Origin: a virus | DNA: 64,000 bases | IMG/VR virus record: IMGVR_UViG_3300026382_000175 | Span: 1 to 64,000 of that record | Direction: 5' to 3' (one strand) | Shown here: positions 47,871-57,826 of the stretch, in pieces | Position numbering within the stretch: position 1 is the stretch's first letter | How the letters are laid out: each line of letters opens with the position of its first letter | Position numbers and translations under genes: made by a program | Notes under the pieces: model-generated | What the model saw: the letters and a program-made list of their open reading frames with translations, nothing else | The model's database searches: none | What the model was told of the DNA's origin: nothing

Positions 47871-49371
47871 AGATAAATTTTGCTACATTGAAGGCTCTCC
47901 TTGGGAAATAAGGAGAGCCAAATCTATCTTAACTTGGAGAGATAAGAATACAGGATTTTCTTATTATCTGTTTAGAGAGTTAGAGAAGAATAAACTACTG
48001 GAAACTTATTGGGGAATTTACTTTTACTTAAAAGATTGGGTTAAACACGAGTTAGTTTTAGAGACTGATTACTACCCAATCTTGCTTAGATTAGGTAAAG
48101 TTCAACCTAAGTTAGTTAAGGAAATTGATTCTAACCTTCTTCCAGGAATTACTCTATTTCCTCATCAGTTAGTAGGAGTTAGAAAAGCTTTACTCTATAA
48201 AACTGGAGTAATAGAAGTTGCTACTGGTGGTGGAAAAACTGAAATGTTTATAGCTACAATAAAGTGGATTTTGGAGAACGAAAATTCTGATGCTAGGTTC
48301 CTTGTAGTAGTTCCTTCAGAGTTCTTACTGAACCAAACTTATGAAAGGTTCTTGAAAAGAGGATTTTCTAAATCTCAGTTAGGTAAGTATTATGGTAAGC
48401 AAAAGAAGTTAGGTCAAATAACAATAAGATTGATAAACTCTGTTAACAAAGCTTTTGATGAAAACAATCCAGATTTAGGTTTTCTCAATTGGCATAAAGA
48501 ACTGTATGGATTAGTAATTGATGAGGCTCATCACATTAGAGGAGAAACTTATAAAAGACTTCTCCTTAACTCTATGCATGCTGAGTACATTCTAGGTTAT
48601 TCAGGTTCACCTTATAAGGAAACTGTGGAAACCAACTTTGGAGACGCTATTATCCAAGCTATTACAGGAGGAGTTATTTACAGAGTACCTATGTCTTACT
48701 TGGTAAAGGAAGGATTGTTAGCTCAAATGTATGTTTACTTTGAGAAATTAGGAGGACAGTTTGCTCAGTTTCCTACTTTATGGAATGAAGTTTATACTAA
48801 GTATATAGTTGAGAACAAAGAGCGTAATGAGAAAATTATTGAGTGGATTAGGTTCTTCCAAGAGTGGAAAGTTCCAACTTTAGTATTAGTTCAAAGATTA
48901 GCTCATGGTAAAAAGCTACTTAACATGCTTAATGATGATAAATCAGTTTGTATATTTGGAGGAGGAGAGTGTTATATCTGTGAACATGGAGGATTGGTTA
49001 ACATAGGAGAGATAGATTACTCAGAGCTTAAGAGGAAAGTAGAGAATGGAGAAATCCTAACGATTATAGCTTCCCAAGTTATGGATGAAGGAGTTGATTT
49101 ACCTGAAGTAGGAGCAGTTATAATGGCTGGAGCAGGTAAGTCTTCTATTAAGCTAAAGCAAAGGATAGGTAGAGGAGCTAGGAAAGGTTCTACAGGAGTT
49201 AGTTTTTTGGTTGACTTCAAAGATATTGGTCATGTTTACCTTTATGCTCAGTATAAGAAAAGGAAGGAACTTTATCAAGAACAAGCTATTGAAGAGATAG
49301 ATAATTCAGTTGAATTTAAGAAGAAGGTAATAGAAGTTTATGGAAAGGAGGTAGAAAATGAAAAGATTTGA
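47854..49371 (+). CDS. uvsW: Superfamily 2 helicase (UvsW-like)
   Basis: ATGGGKT, DEAH, SGSP, EGVD.P and QRIGRGAR motifs. Confidence 0.88.
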   Translation: MRIILKDKFCYIEGSPWEIRRAKSILTWRDKNTGFSYYLFRELEKNKLLETYWGIYFYLKDWVKHELVLETDYYPILLRLGKVQPKLVKEIDSNLLPGITLFPHQLVGVRKALLYKTGVIEVATGGGKTEMFIATIKWILENENSDARFLVVVPSEFLLNQTYERFLKRGFSKSQLGKYYGKQKKLGQITIRLINSVNKAFDENNPDLGFLNWHKELYGLVIDEAHHIRGETYKRLLLNSMHAEYILGYSGSPYKETVETNFGDAIIQAITGGVIYRVPMSYLVKEGLLAQMYVYFEKLGGQFAQFPTLWNEVYTKYIVENKERNEKIIEWIRFFQEWKVPTLVLVQRLAHGKKLLNMLNDDKSVCIFGGGECYICEHGGLVNIGEIDYSELKRKVENGEILTIIASQVMDEGVDLPEVGAVIMAGAGKSSIKLKQRIGRGARKGSTGVSFLVDFKDIGHVYLYAQYKKRKELYQEQAIEEIDNSVEFKKKVIEVYGKEVENEKI

Positions 49372-49708
49372 AGTTAAACACATTTATGGTAAGTATGAAG
49401 GTGATAGAGGAGAACTCCTTTATCGCCACACTACTTGTGATGAAGAAGGAAGAGAATACAATGTAGAGATTAGAAAGATTGATGAAGAAACTTGTTTGGT
49501 AGAAGTTACTTCTATGGATGAATCACAACCAGAAGGTTGTGAAGTTTTAGTTAAAGCAGTTGGAGCAGATAATGTATTTATTGAAGCTTATGAACCTCGT
49601 GAACATTGGCAAGTTGTATTTGAACTTGAAGAAAATAATGAGGAGAAAGAAATAAAAATTGGATTGGGATTATTGCATCTATTAGATTTGCAAATTAAAC
49701 CTCTCTAA
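49358..49708 (+). CDS. Hypothetical acidic protein
   Basis: GGAGG RBS. Confidence 0.6.
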   Translation: MKRFEVKHIYGKYEGDRGELLYRHTTCDEEGREYNVEIRKIDEETCLVEVTSMDESQPEGCEVLVKAVGADNVFIEAYEPREHWQVVFELEENNEEKEIKIGLGLLHLLDLQIKPL

Positions 49709-49776
49709 CTTGAGCTTAGTCTATTATAGAGACTAAGTAGTAAAAAGCTTGTGTTTAAGGTTGGTGGAGGAGTGGT

Positions 49777-50253
49777 ATGTTTAGTTTACTAGAGCTGATT
49801 CCTAAAAGTGTAGCTGAGAAGCTTAAAACTCTTCAGGTTAAAGAACTTAACAGGTATGTTCAATACTTAAAGGAAACTGTTAAGGAAAGGGTAATAACTC
49901 TTTTGCATTACAGAAACCACAACTTAGAAGCTCTATCTTCTATACCTGAATTTCCTTACCAAGTAGGTTTATTTTGGGTAGGACAGTTAGACTCTAGGAG
50001 GAGGCTAGAACAAGATAGAGATGACCCTTTAGTTATTCAAACCGTTTGGAATAAGGACATTTTCCTATTCCCTACTCTAGTGTTCCAATCTCAACAAGAT
50101 TTAGAAAATTGGTTAGATAACCAAATCTGGGATAATCAACCTTTTTTGTATAGGGAGGGTAAGGTTTACTACTATGAAAACTTCTTACCTTTAGGAGATA
50201 AGAGGTATTCTTCAATATCAATATTTTACAATAAGCTGTATCCTCTTTTGTGA
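49777..50253 (+). CDS. Hypothetical protein
   Basis: ORF with RBS. Confidence 0.6.
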   Translation: MFSLLELIPKSVAEKLKTLQVKELNRYVQYLKETVKERVITLLHYRNHNLEALSSIPEFPYQVGLFWVGQLDSRRRLEQDRDDPLVIQTVWNKDIFLFPTLVFQSQQDLENWLDNQIWDNQPFLYREGKVYYYENFLPLGDKRYSSISIFYNKLYPLL

Positions 50254-50261
50254 GGTGAATT

Positions 50262-50447
50262 ATGCCATGTATCCCTTACTGGGAACTGATAAGAGGAAAG
50301 TGGGTGTTCAAAATCTTAATAGTAAGTGATAGGGATAAGGTTATTTACGATGGAGAATTCAACAAGAAGGATCAAAAGCTACTTAAACTGATTGAAGAGT
50401 ACTCAGATGATTTTGAAAGGTTTAAACAAAGGTATTTGGAGGGCTAG
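50262..50447 (+). CDS. Hypothetical protein
   Basis: GAGGT RBS. Confidence 0.55.
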   Translation: MPCIPYWELIRGKWVFKILIVSDRDKVIYDGEFNKKDQKLLKLIEEYSDDFERFKQRYLEG

Positions 50448-50449
50448 GT

Positions 50450-50896
50450 ATGTTGGATAAAGTACTATTTTATTCAGAGAAAGTGCTTGAAAGTATAGGT
50501 ATAAAGAGAGAGTGGCAATATAGAAGCCTTAATGTAGTTAGTTTAATAGGATTATTAATTGGGATAATAGTTTCATTAACTTATCCTTTCAAATATTCAG
50601 CTAATGATTACCTTTTACTATGGATTCTCAGAGGAGTTGGAATAGTTATTGTTGGGTTTGTTTTCCACATATTCTACTTTTTGTTAGGAGCTTGTTTAGA
50701 TGAAATAAATGATGAAGATATTAATTTTGCTGAGTTGATTGGGCTTATAATATTTCTTATAACACTTTTTGTAGTTTCAGTTGTATTAGGTAGTTGTGTT
50801 GGTATTGTAGGGATACTAATAACCTTTCTGTTCCAGAAATTAACTAAAGTTAAAGTTAGAAATATTTTCCTTTTTCTTAAGGGAGGTACAAAATGA
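50450..50896 (+). CDS. Membrane protein (about 3 TM segments)
   Basis: Three long hydrophobic stretches. Confidence 0.65.
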   Translation: MLDKVLFYSEKVLESIGIKREWQYRSLNVVSLIGLLIGIIVSLTYPFKYSANDYLLLWILRGVGIVIVGFVFHIFYFLLGACLDEINDEDINFAELIGLIIFLITLFVVSVVLGSCVGIVGILITFLFQKLTKVKVRNIFLFLKGGTK

Positions 50897-51207
50897 AATA
50901 TAAGTGGTGGGATAAATTAGATAATGCTACTAAAGAGTTTCTTGAAGACAATGGGTGTTTTCCTTTTGGGGTTGAATTGAATTTTGTTTATAAAGCAGAT
51001 AGAAAGCGTTTTGATATTGAGAGGTGGCTAAATACTGAATTAAATATTTGTCATCCTGTTAAGAACGCATTGGAAAAGTTACCAAATGTAGTTAAGGTAA
51101 CTAAATGTGAATTAGATGAGAATGGTGTTTTACATATAGAACTAGAACTTCTTAGAAAAGCTTCTGGTATTAGCTCTAGAAATGAAGCTAAAGATAATGG
51201 AAGTTAG
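50893..51207 (+). CDS. Hypothetical protein
   Basis: GGAGG RBS; start overlaps the previous stop. Confidence 0.6.
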   Translation: MKYKWWDKLDNATKEFLEDNGCFPFGVELNFVYKADRKRFDIERWLNTELNICHPVKNALEKLPNVVKVTKCELDENGVLHIELELLRKASGISSRNEAKDNGS

Positions 51208-51255
51208 AAGCAAAGAAATTTACTATTTCCAAAATATCCAAAAGGAGGGTTAGCT

Positions 51256-51843
51256 ATGCTAGTTCCAGTACTTACTACCAACATGGTTTATATCCCTGAT
51301 TTTTGTCCTCAGTGTGGTAATTCTTTATCAGTTAAGTTTTCATTTGAAAATGGTATGCCTTTCATAGCTTGTGATAACTGTGACTACAAGAGAGAGTTCA
51401 TTCTCTTTAAAGAATGTCCTAAGTGTGGAGGTAAAATGAAGTACATTCATAAACACAACAAGTTTAAATGTGATGGTTGTAATACTTGGTATGAAGTAGA
51501 GTTGAAAGAGTCTGATTCTTCTAGAAGAAGAAATTTCCAAATATTGGAAACTCTTTTAAATAAGGAAAATTTTAAGGGGATTGATTTAGCAGAATTCTCA
51601 AAAGATTTAATTGTCCCTTTTCCAGATTCTAATAGTGAGGTAGAAATTCAGAATATTTGGAAAGAAATATTTAGTGAGTCTCTACAAAAGGAAATAATTG
51701 ATCACATTCTGAATTCAGAACAATTTGAGAAAGGAATAGAGAAAAAGATAGCAGAATATGTTACTGAGAAATTGAAAGAACAAATTAGCATACAAGTAAT
51801 TGATGATATAGTTAGTGCTCTTGAGACTTATAAAAGAATTTAA
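51256..51843 (+). CDS. Double zinc-ribbon protein
   Basis: CPQC..CDNC and CPKC..CDGC. Confidence 0.7.
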   Translation: MLVPVLTTNMVYIPDFCPQCGNSLSVKFSFENGMPFIACDNCDYKREFILFKECPKCGGKMKYIHKHNKFKCDGCNTWYEVELKESDSSRRRNFQILETLLNKENFKGIDLAEFSKDLIVPFPDSNSEVEIQNIWKEIFSESLQKEIIDHILNSEQFEKGIEKKIAEYVTEKLKEQISIQVIDDIVSALETYKRI

Positions 51844-51853
51844 GAGGGATTGA

Positions 51854-52051
51854 ATGATAATGAGGATTAAAGCTTGGATAGGGAAAGAATGTCACTGTAA
51901 CTATTGTGGAAGTTCTGTAATATTTACTAATGATAGTTCTAAAGGTAGAGATTATTTTCTTTATTGTTGTAACAAGGATTGTCCTTATCATAAAGGGCAA
52001 CCTGTTTACGATGATGAATTTCCTGAGTGGCTTTACTTAAAAGATGATTAG
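51854..52051 (+). CDS. Small zinc-finger protein
   Basis: CNYC...CCNKDC..H. Confidence 0.6.
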   Translation: MIMRIKAWIGKECHCNYCGSSVIFTNDSSKGRDYFLYCCNKDCPYHKGQPVYDDEFPEWLYLKDD

Positions 52052-52060
52052 AGGCCTAAA

Positions 52061-53056
52061 ATGGTTCTTAAAAACTTTCCCTTTGACTATAAGGTTAAGC
52101 CTTCAGACCCTAACGAAATTCAAATTTGTTGTCCTTTCTGTGAGAAGTTAGGTAAGACTCCTGATACTAAATACCACTTATACATTCACTTAAAGAAAAA
52201 GGTATTTCACTGTTTTAGGTGTGGTAAGTCTGGTAAGTTCAGAACCTTAAACCAACTTATAAGAATTCTAACAGGTAAAAGTCCTAATCTGCTTGAGAGC
52301 GATTGGGATGAAATTATTAAGGAAGCTTTAAGCTACTTTGACAAATCTTTCTATTTACCTGAAACTTCCCAAGCTCAAGAAGTTTTAGACCTGAATATTA
52401 TTTCCTACCCAGTTAGTAAAACTCTTACTCCAATAGCTTACAACTACCTTAAGAGTAGGAATCTAAGCGATTCTGAGATAGAGGAATATCAGATAAGGGT
52501 TGGTAAGTCTTACCAAGTTGATAACAAAACTATAAGGAAGTGGAAAGGTAGGGTTTTATTCCCATTCTTTGAGAATGGTCAAGTTATTTACTTAGTAGGT
52601 AGGACTTATACCAACCAAGAGCCTAAATACCTCAACTCTAAAGGTAATCGTAGAGATAAGCTATTCCCTAGCAGAACTTTCAAAACTTCTGAAATCATAG
52701 TTTGTGAAGGTATATTTGATGTAATCAATGCTAAAAGGACTACTGGAATATACAGCGTAGCTACATTAGGTAAAGAGATAACAGAAGAGCAGGTTAACAT
52801 TATGGTAGAGAATGGAGTTAGAACAGTTTACCTAGCATTAGACCCAGACTTAACTATTAAAGAATGGCAAAAGAACATCTGGAAATTCCTAGTTAAAGGT
52901 TGTAAGGTTTATCCAGTATTACTCCCACAAGGTTATGATGTAGACTCTATTGGAAGTAGGTTTCCTTATTACCTAGAGTTAGCTTTGAAGAAAAATTTTC
53001 TATCAACCCTCTTATTTCAGCCTGAAATTCTAGTTCAAACCTGTTTAGTTTATTAA
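52061..53056 (+). CDS. DNA primase (zinc finger + TOPRIM)
   Basis: 'CPFC...H...FHCFRCG', 'YLKSR', 'GR...PKYLN', 'CEGIFD', 'LALDPD'. Confidence 0.9.
   Translation: MVLKNFPFDYKVKPSDPNEIQICCPFCEKLGKTPDTKYHLYIHLKKKVFHCFRCGKSGKFRTLNQLIRILTGKSPNLLESDWDEIIKEALSYFDKSFYLPETSQAQEVLDLNIISYPVSKTLTPIAYNYLKSRNLSDSEIEEYQIRVGKSYQVDNKTIRKWKGRVLFPFFENGQVIYLVGRTYTNQEPKYLNSKGNRRDKLFPSRTFKTSEIIVCEGIFDVINAKRTTGIYSVATLGKEITEEQVNIMVENGVRTVYLALDPDLTIKEWQKNIWKFLVKGCKVYPVLLPQGYDVDSIGSRFPYYLELALKKNFLSTLLFQPEILVQTCLVY
53021..53050 (+). promoter_or_regulatory. Phage promoter in the 3' end of the primase gene
   Basis: CCTGAAATTC-N12-GTTTAGTT. Confidence 0.75.
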
Positions 53057-53078
53057 ACAGGTTGATAGGAGGGTTGAT

Positions 53079-53387
53079 ATGTATGGGGTATATCCTTTCC
53101 CTTTAAGGAACAAAGAAGTAGCTAATGTTCTAAAGTTTTTCTTAGAAGCTTATAAGAAAGGTTCTACCTACTGTCCTATCTGTGGAGGGTATGGGTTTAT
53201 AGTTCATGGGTTTGACTCAGTTGGTAATCCTCTTAACGAAACTAAGTGTAACTACTGTAATGGTAGTGGAAGAGTAATTCTTGATAAGTTTGTTGAGGTT
53301 TTAGAGAAGGATTTAGAGTTAGCTAAGGAATTAAATCAAGAAGACAATCCAAGAGAAGAAGATGAAATAGATGATATTGAATTCTAA
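53079..53387 (+). CDS. DnaJ-type zinc-finger protein
   Basis: CPICGGYG and CNYCNGSG (CxxCxGxG). Confidence 0.7.
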   Translation: MYGVYPFPLRNKEVANVLKFFLEAYKKGSTYCPICGGYGFIVHGFDSVGNPLNETKCNYCNGSGRVILDKFVEVLEKDLELAKELNQEDNPREEDEIDDIEF

Positions 53388-53406
53388 TCAAATCAGGAGG
53401 ATAACG

Positions 53407-53484
53407 ATGAGCATTATGGATAAGTTTTACCTTCATGCATTAGTATCAAAGCTGTTAAAACCCTTCCTCAGGAGGTCAATATGA
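53407..53484 (+). CDS. 25-aa peptide
   Basis: GGAGG-N6-ATG; MSIMDKFYLHALVSKLLKPFLRRSI*; stop overlaps the next ATG (ATGA). Confidence 0.55.
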   Translation: MSIMDKFYLHALVSKLLKPFLRRSI

Positions 53485-53666
53485 GTACTAGGAAAAAGGT
53501 TTTAGTAAAAACTAGTCAACCTTTGTTAGACTTAGGGAAGATCAAGAAAAATGTTTACCAAGTATTAGAGAGTACTCCTAATGGAATTATAGTAGAGGCT
53601 TCCCAATTTCAAATTGAAATGCTAAAAGCAGAAGGATTTGAAGTTTTAGAGGAAGTAAACGAATAA
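53481..53666 (+). CDS. Hypothetical protein
   Basis: GGAGG RBS. Confidence 0.6.
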   Translation: MSTRKKVLVKTSQPLLDLGKIKKNVYQVLESTPNGIIVEASQFQIEMLKAEGFEVLEEVNE

Positions 53667-53679
53667 AGGAGGGTTAGGT

Positions 53680-54051
53680 ATGAATTGGAAGTACTTTGCT
53701 ATGGTAGGAGTAGAGAAAGAGTTTGATTCACTTGATAACCAAGTTGTTTATCATGTTTATGTTAGCGATGATTTTGAGAAGAGTTCTGAAGTAGTTGGAG
53801 TAGGAGATGGTTATGATGTTATTAACGAAGTTTCTTTTGTTCCAAGATCAGTAGGAAAGATTAAAGGTAAAGAATTTATTGTTACTGATACTGCTTACCT
53901 AGATTCTGATCCATTTATTGCTCAGATTCTAATTCCTGTTTTAAAGAACTTCCAAGTTGAAAAGATCAAGATGACATCGTGGATATCTGATCAAGTTAGA
54001 GATCTTCTTACTTCTGCTGGATTCAAGGTTGAAGGAGGTAAGCAATGGTAG
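53680..54051 (+). CDS. Hypothetical protein
   Basis: GGAGG RBS. Confidence 0.6.
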   Translation: MNWKYFAMVGVEKEFDSLDNQVVYHVYVSDDFEKSSEVVGVGDGYDVINEVSFVPRSVGKIKGKEFIVTDTAYLDSDPFIAQILIPVLKNFQVEKIKMTSWISDQVRDLLTSAGFKVEGGKQW

Positions 54052-54743
54052 AGTTATTCAAGGAAGTAATAGAATTACAAGATAAACTAAATTCCAATAT
54101 TGACCCTAACTGGAAGACTAACAGGGTTTTAGAAGATTGGGTAATAGCTACTAATCAAGAATTTGCTGAGCTTATGGATAGCCTTCCTTGGGCTTGGTGG
54201 AAAAAGCAATCTGAAATAGGCATAAACAATGTTAGGTTGGAGTTAGTTGATATTTTCCACTTTCTCCTTTCCTTTGCTATACAAGGAGCATATTTAGTAG
54301 GAGTGGATAAGGAAGATTTAGCTCATTACATCCACTTCCAAGCCATCAAAGAACCCTCTACCCATTCTCTTAATCCCAGAACTTTAATGAAGCTTTACAG
54401 GGAGATGTTGTTTGAGATAGGACTCTTTACAACTCATAAAGACAAAGTTTACTTAGACTTGTATTTTGGAACTTTCTTTGAGATGGTAAAAACTGCTGGC
54501 ATGTCTATTGAAAAGTTGTTAAAACTCTACTTAGGTAAGAATGCTTTAAATCAACTCAGGAAAGATTTTGGTTATAAGGAAGGTAAATACATTAAAGATT
54601 GGAATGGTAGAGAAGATAATGAAGTTATGATGGAATTGTTAGATAACTTAGAACCTTCTTTTGAAGTTATTTACAGAACTCTAAAAGAATACTATGAAAC
54701 CAATGTTTTGAGAGAGGTTGCAAATGAAGTTCGTAAAGGTTAA
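54045..54743 (+). CDS. Dimeric all-alpha dUTPase
   Basis: 'LQDKLN', 'EFAELMDS.PWAWWK', 'ELVDIFHF', 'KN.LN..R...GYKEG.Y.K.W.GREDN'. Confidence 0.9.
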   Translation: MVELFKEVIELQDKLNSNIDPNWKTNRVLEDWVIATNQEFAELMDSLPWAWWKKQSEIGINNVRLELVDIFHFLLSFAIQGAYLVGVDKEDLAHYIHFQAIKEPSTHSLNPRTLMKLYREMLFEIGLFTTHKDKVYLDLYFGTFFEMVKTAGMSIEKLLKLYLGKNALNQLRKDFGYKEGKYIKDWNGREDNEVMMELLDNLEPSFEVIYRTLKEYYETNVLREVANEVRKG

Positions 54744-54912
54744 AGAAGGAGTTTATGTTAACTTAGCTAATGTTACTGATATCAGGATAGAAGGAAGGGA
54801 GAATAATTATGTTGTGGTATTTTACAACAAGGAAGATATAATCACTAAAAGTGAAGGGTTTACTTCATTTGAGGAAGCTGAAGCTTTCGTAAGGAGGGTT
54901 ATCAATGAATAA
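54725..54912 (+). CDS. Small hypothetical protein
   Basis: MKFVKV...VNLANV..I pattern; GAGG RBS; start approximate. Confidence 0.55.
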
Positions 54913-55765
54913 CCATTACCACTTTATAGATGGTAATTACCTTATGCATCGTTCTATCCATAAAGGTCAAGGATTAACTCACAATAATATTTTTACAGGA
55001 GGAGCTTACATCTTCCTTAGAACCCTTTTTTCTATTGGAAGCTTATCCAATATGATAGTAGTTTTTGATGGAGGTCACTCTAAAAGGAGGAAGCAATTAT
55101 TAGAAACCTACAAAGTTAAGGAAAAGCATGACGATGAGTTTAGACAACAGTTCTCTACTACTCAGAAAATTCTAAAAGAGATTTTGCCTGCTTTAGGTAT
55201 AGCTGTGGTTCAAATTTCAGAGCAAGAGGCTGATGATATTATCTATTGGCTTACTACTAGGTTTTATCAAGGTAAGTCAACAGTCCATACTGATGATGAG
55301 GATTACCTACAATTATTACAATGGAATGTTAAAGTTCACAGGCCTATGAAAGGAGAGTACTACGAATCTGAACAAGATTTTATAGACAAATATGGTTACC
55401 ATTCTAAATACCTAGCTTTAAAGAAAGCTCTAATGGGAGACTCTTCAGACAACATTCCTGGAGTTAGAGGGATAGGAGACAAGAGAGCTACCCAGATTGT
55501 TAAGGAGATGTTTAAGCTAAACCTAGAACCTGAAATTCCTAACTTGGAGAGTTTAGTTAAACAGAGGAAGGAAACTTGGGCTAGGAAGGTATTAGATAAT
55601 CTAGATATAGTAGAAAGAAATCTAAAGCTGATTGACTTTAGGTATGTTGACTTAGCTGATGTTAACATTCAGTTAGACTTCACTAAGAAAGATTTAATGT
55701 TAGCTACTAGGTTATTTGGTAAGTATGGGTTTAAGAGTTTGTTATCCAAGTTAGTGGAGGTATAG
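54905..55765 (+). CDS. 5'-3' exonuclease / flap endonuclease (T4 RNase H-like)
   Basis: 'IDGN', 'VVFDGG', 'YK', 'EADD', 'D.D.LQL', 'GDSSDNIPGVRGIG.K.A'. Confidence 0.93.
   Translation: MNNHYHFIDGNYLMHRSIHKGQGLTHNNIFTGGAYIFLRTLFSIGSLSNMIVVFDGGHSKRRKQLLETYKVKEKHDDEFRQQFSTTQKILKEILPALGIAVVQISEQEADDIIYWLTTRFYQGKSTVHTDDEDYLQLLQWNVKVHRPMKGEYYESEQDFIDKYGYHSKYLALKKALMGDSSDNIPGVRGIGDKRATQIVKEMFKLNLEPEIPNLESLVKQRKETWARKVLDNLDIVERNLKLIDFRYVDLADVNIQLDFTKKDLMLATRLFGKYGFKSLLSKLVEV
55529..55558 (+). promoter_or_regulatory. Intragenic phage promoter
   Basis: CCTGAAATTC-N12-GTTTAGTT inside the exonuclease gene. Confidence 0.6.
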
Positions 55766-56215
55766 ATGGAACTAATAAGAGAGTTGTTAGATTTATTAGA
55801 CCAGTTAGAAGAAGCTAATCAGATTAAAAAGCAAACTCAAGGTTTATGGGATCAGATACTAAGCCATATGGTTAAGTTATACCTCTTTGAGAAAGATGAC
55901 GATAAGAGAAAACACATCAAGGATATTACAGTTTGGGCTAAAGACATTTTGAGAAAACTTAAGAGGAGTAGCTCTAACATTTCTTATGGTAAACTGTACG
56001 ATTGGTATGATTTAGATAGAATTGAAGAAAACATTAGAGATGAAATTCTCTACTGGAAGTCTGAGTATCTTTCTGAACCAGTTAGAAGTGATGAAGAGGT
56101 TATTGACATTGTTAAGACTAAAATGATGAAGTTGTTAAGATGCCTAAGCGATAAAAGTTTAAACTGTGTTCTTGATTGGAGAGACCAGATAAAAGATGAT
56201 TTGAAAGTTTGGTAA
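55766..56215 (+). CDS. DUF29-like helical protein, paralog 2
   Basis: 'GLWDQILSHMVKLYLF...KHIKD...SDEE...CLS...CV..W' aligns with the 47397 ORF. Confidence 0.6.
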   Translation: MELIRELLDLLDQLEEANQIKKQTQGLWDQILSHMVKLYLFEKDDDKRKHIKDITVWAKDILRKLKRSSSNISYGKLYDWYDLDRIEENIRDEILYWKSEYLSEPVRSDEEVIDIVKTKMMKLLRCLSDKSLNCVLDWRDQIKDDLKVW

Positions 56216-56240
56216 ATAACAATTAACAAAGAGGTTCAGG

Positions 56241-57533
56241 ATGAGTGAGAAACCCAAGCTTTATTCAAAGGAATTCCAATTTCAGGTTCTTTGTGCTTTA
56301 GTACAAGACCCTCTCTTTAGGTTAGACTTTTTAATGCTCTTAAGTCAAGAGATGTTTGAACCTCCTTACAACTTGTTCTTCCAAGTCCTTCAGAGTTTAT
56401 CTCCTGGTGAGAACTTTCAACCTAAGCAATATCTGTTAGAGATAACCAATTACTTAGTTCAGGTTGGATTAGATGATGAAAAGCAGAGAGAAATCATTTT
56501 AGAAGCTAAAAGGCTTTTTAAAGAGTCTGTAGATGTTTCCTATGTAAAGGAAAGAGTAATCTACTTCCTTAAAGAGGTAGAAGTAAAGAGCTTTCTATCC
56601 GAGATTCCAAGATTGGTTATGGAGGGTAAAGTAGGTTTTGTATTAGAAAAATTTGAATATATAAGTAGTATAGGAGCCTCTACTAGTAATGCTGTTAGCT
56701 TAGGAGACTTGGATTTAGTTAGAGAGGAGCTAATAAAAAGGTACTCTCCTAGTGTATTAGTTTCAACAGGATTCCCTACCTTAGATAACATTTTCTATGG
56801 AGGATTTGCTCCAGGAGAAATACATGTAGTTCAAGCTCCTCCTAAAGCTGGTAAATCTGCTTTAGGAGTTAATGTAGGAGCTATTAATGTTTTGTTAGGA
56901 AAGAAAGTTTTGCATGTTACTTTAGAGTTAACTCACTATGAAGTACTTATGAGGTATGTTCAAAGAATAGCTAGTATTAGCTATACAGATATACTTAAAA
57001 TGGAAGAAGATGAATGGAACTTACTAAAAGAAAGGATTTATAATCAAGTTTTGAAAGATTATCTCTTTGTGCTCTACTATCCTGAGAAGTCTGCTTCAGC
57101 TATGGAAATTCACAGTTGGTTAACTAGGCAAAAGGTAGTAAGGGAATGGAAACCTGATTTCATAATTATAGACTACGACGATTGTTTACTACCTTCAACT
57201 GGTAGTAAAGATAGCTTATATGAAGACTCAGGAGATATTTACTCAGACTTAATCAAATTAGCTGTAAAGTGGGATGTTCCCATCCTAACTTTTTCTCAAC
57301 CAGTAAGAGATGCTTGGAGTAAACCTGATAAAGGAGAACCAATAGAACCTAACGACCTTGCACATTCAGCAAGGAAGGCTCACAGAAGTTGGAGTATTAG
57401 TTCACTGAACTTTAAAACAGGTTCTGAAGAAGGTTTCTTCTATCTTGGGTTTAACAGGAGAGGTAAGAGTGGAGTAAGAATTCCACTAAAAAGGAAGCTA
57501 GAAATTATGTATATGGGGGAGATACAATCGTAA
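56241..57533 (+). CDS. Replicative helicase (DnaB/gp41-like)
   Basis: 'STGFPTLD...GGF.PGE', APPKAGKS, 'TLEL', 'IIIDY', 'SQ'. Confidence 0.9.
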   Translation: MSEKPKLYSKEFQFQVLCALVQDPLFRLDFLMLLSQEMFEPPYNLFFQVLQSLSPGENFQPKQYLLEITNYLVQVGLDDEKQREIILEAKRLFKESVDVSYVKERVIYFLKEVEVKSFLSEIPRLVMEGKVGFVLEKFEYISSIGASTSNAVSLGDLDLVREELIKRYSPSVLVSTGFPTLDNIFYGGFAPGEIHVVQAPPKAGKSALGVNVGAINVLLGKKVLHVTLELTHYEVLMRYVQRIASISYTDILKMEEDEWNLLKERIYNQVLKDYLFVLYYPEKSASAMEIHSWLTRQKVVREWKPDFIIIDYDDCLLPSTGSKDSLYEDSGDIYSDLIKLAVKWDVPILTFSQPVRDAWSKPDKGEPIEPNDLAHSARKAHRSWSISSLNFKTGSEEGFFYLGFNRRGKSGVRIPLKRKLEIMYMGEIQS

Positions 57534-57548
57534 AGAAGGAGGATAATA

Positions 57549-57812
57549 ATGGTTAAGTATATTCAAGTAATTCCTACTGAAAAACTACTTTCAGCTATTA
57601 TGCAAGGATACAGAACTATTACTGGAAATCCTCTAGTAATAGCTAAGTATTTCTCTAACATTGAAGTTTGGATTACTAATTCCTTGAAGGAAGGGTTGAA
57701 AGAGGTTGAAATTAATTTACCTCTTAATGAGAAGTGGAAGTTTGGTATGTATAATGACAAAAAGTTTTATGTTAAGAATGATGAAAAGAACTATTTAGTT
57801 GAACTTAAGTAG
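57549..57812 (+). CDS. Hypothetical protein
   Basis: GGAGG RBS. Confidence 0.55.
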   Translation: MVKYIQVIPTEKLLSAIMQGYRTITGNPLVIAKYFSNIEVWITNSLKEGLKEVEINLPLNEKWKFGMYNDKKFYVKNDEKNYLVELK

Positions 57813-57826
57813 AGTGAGGGGGCGAA

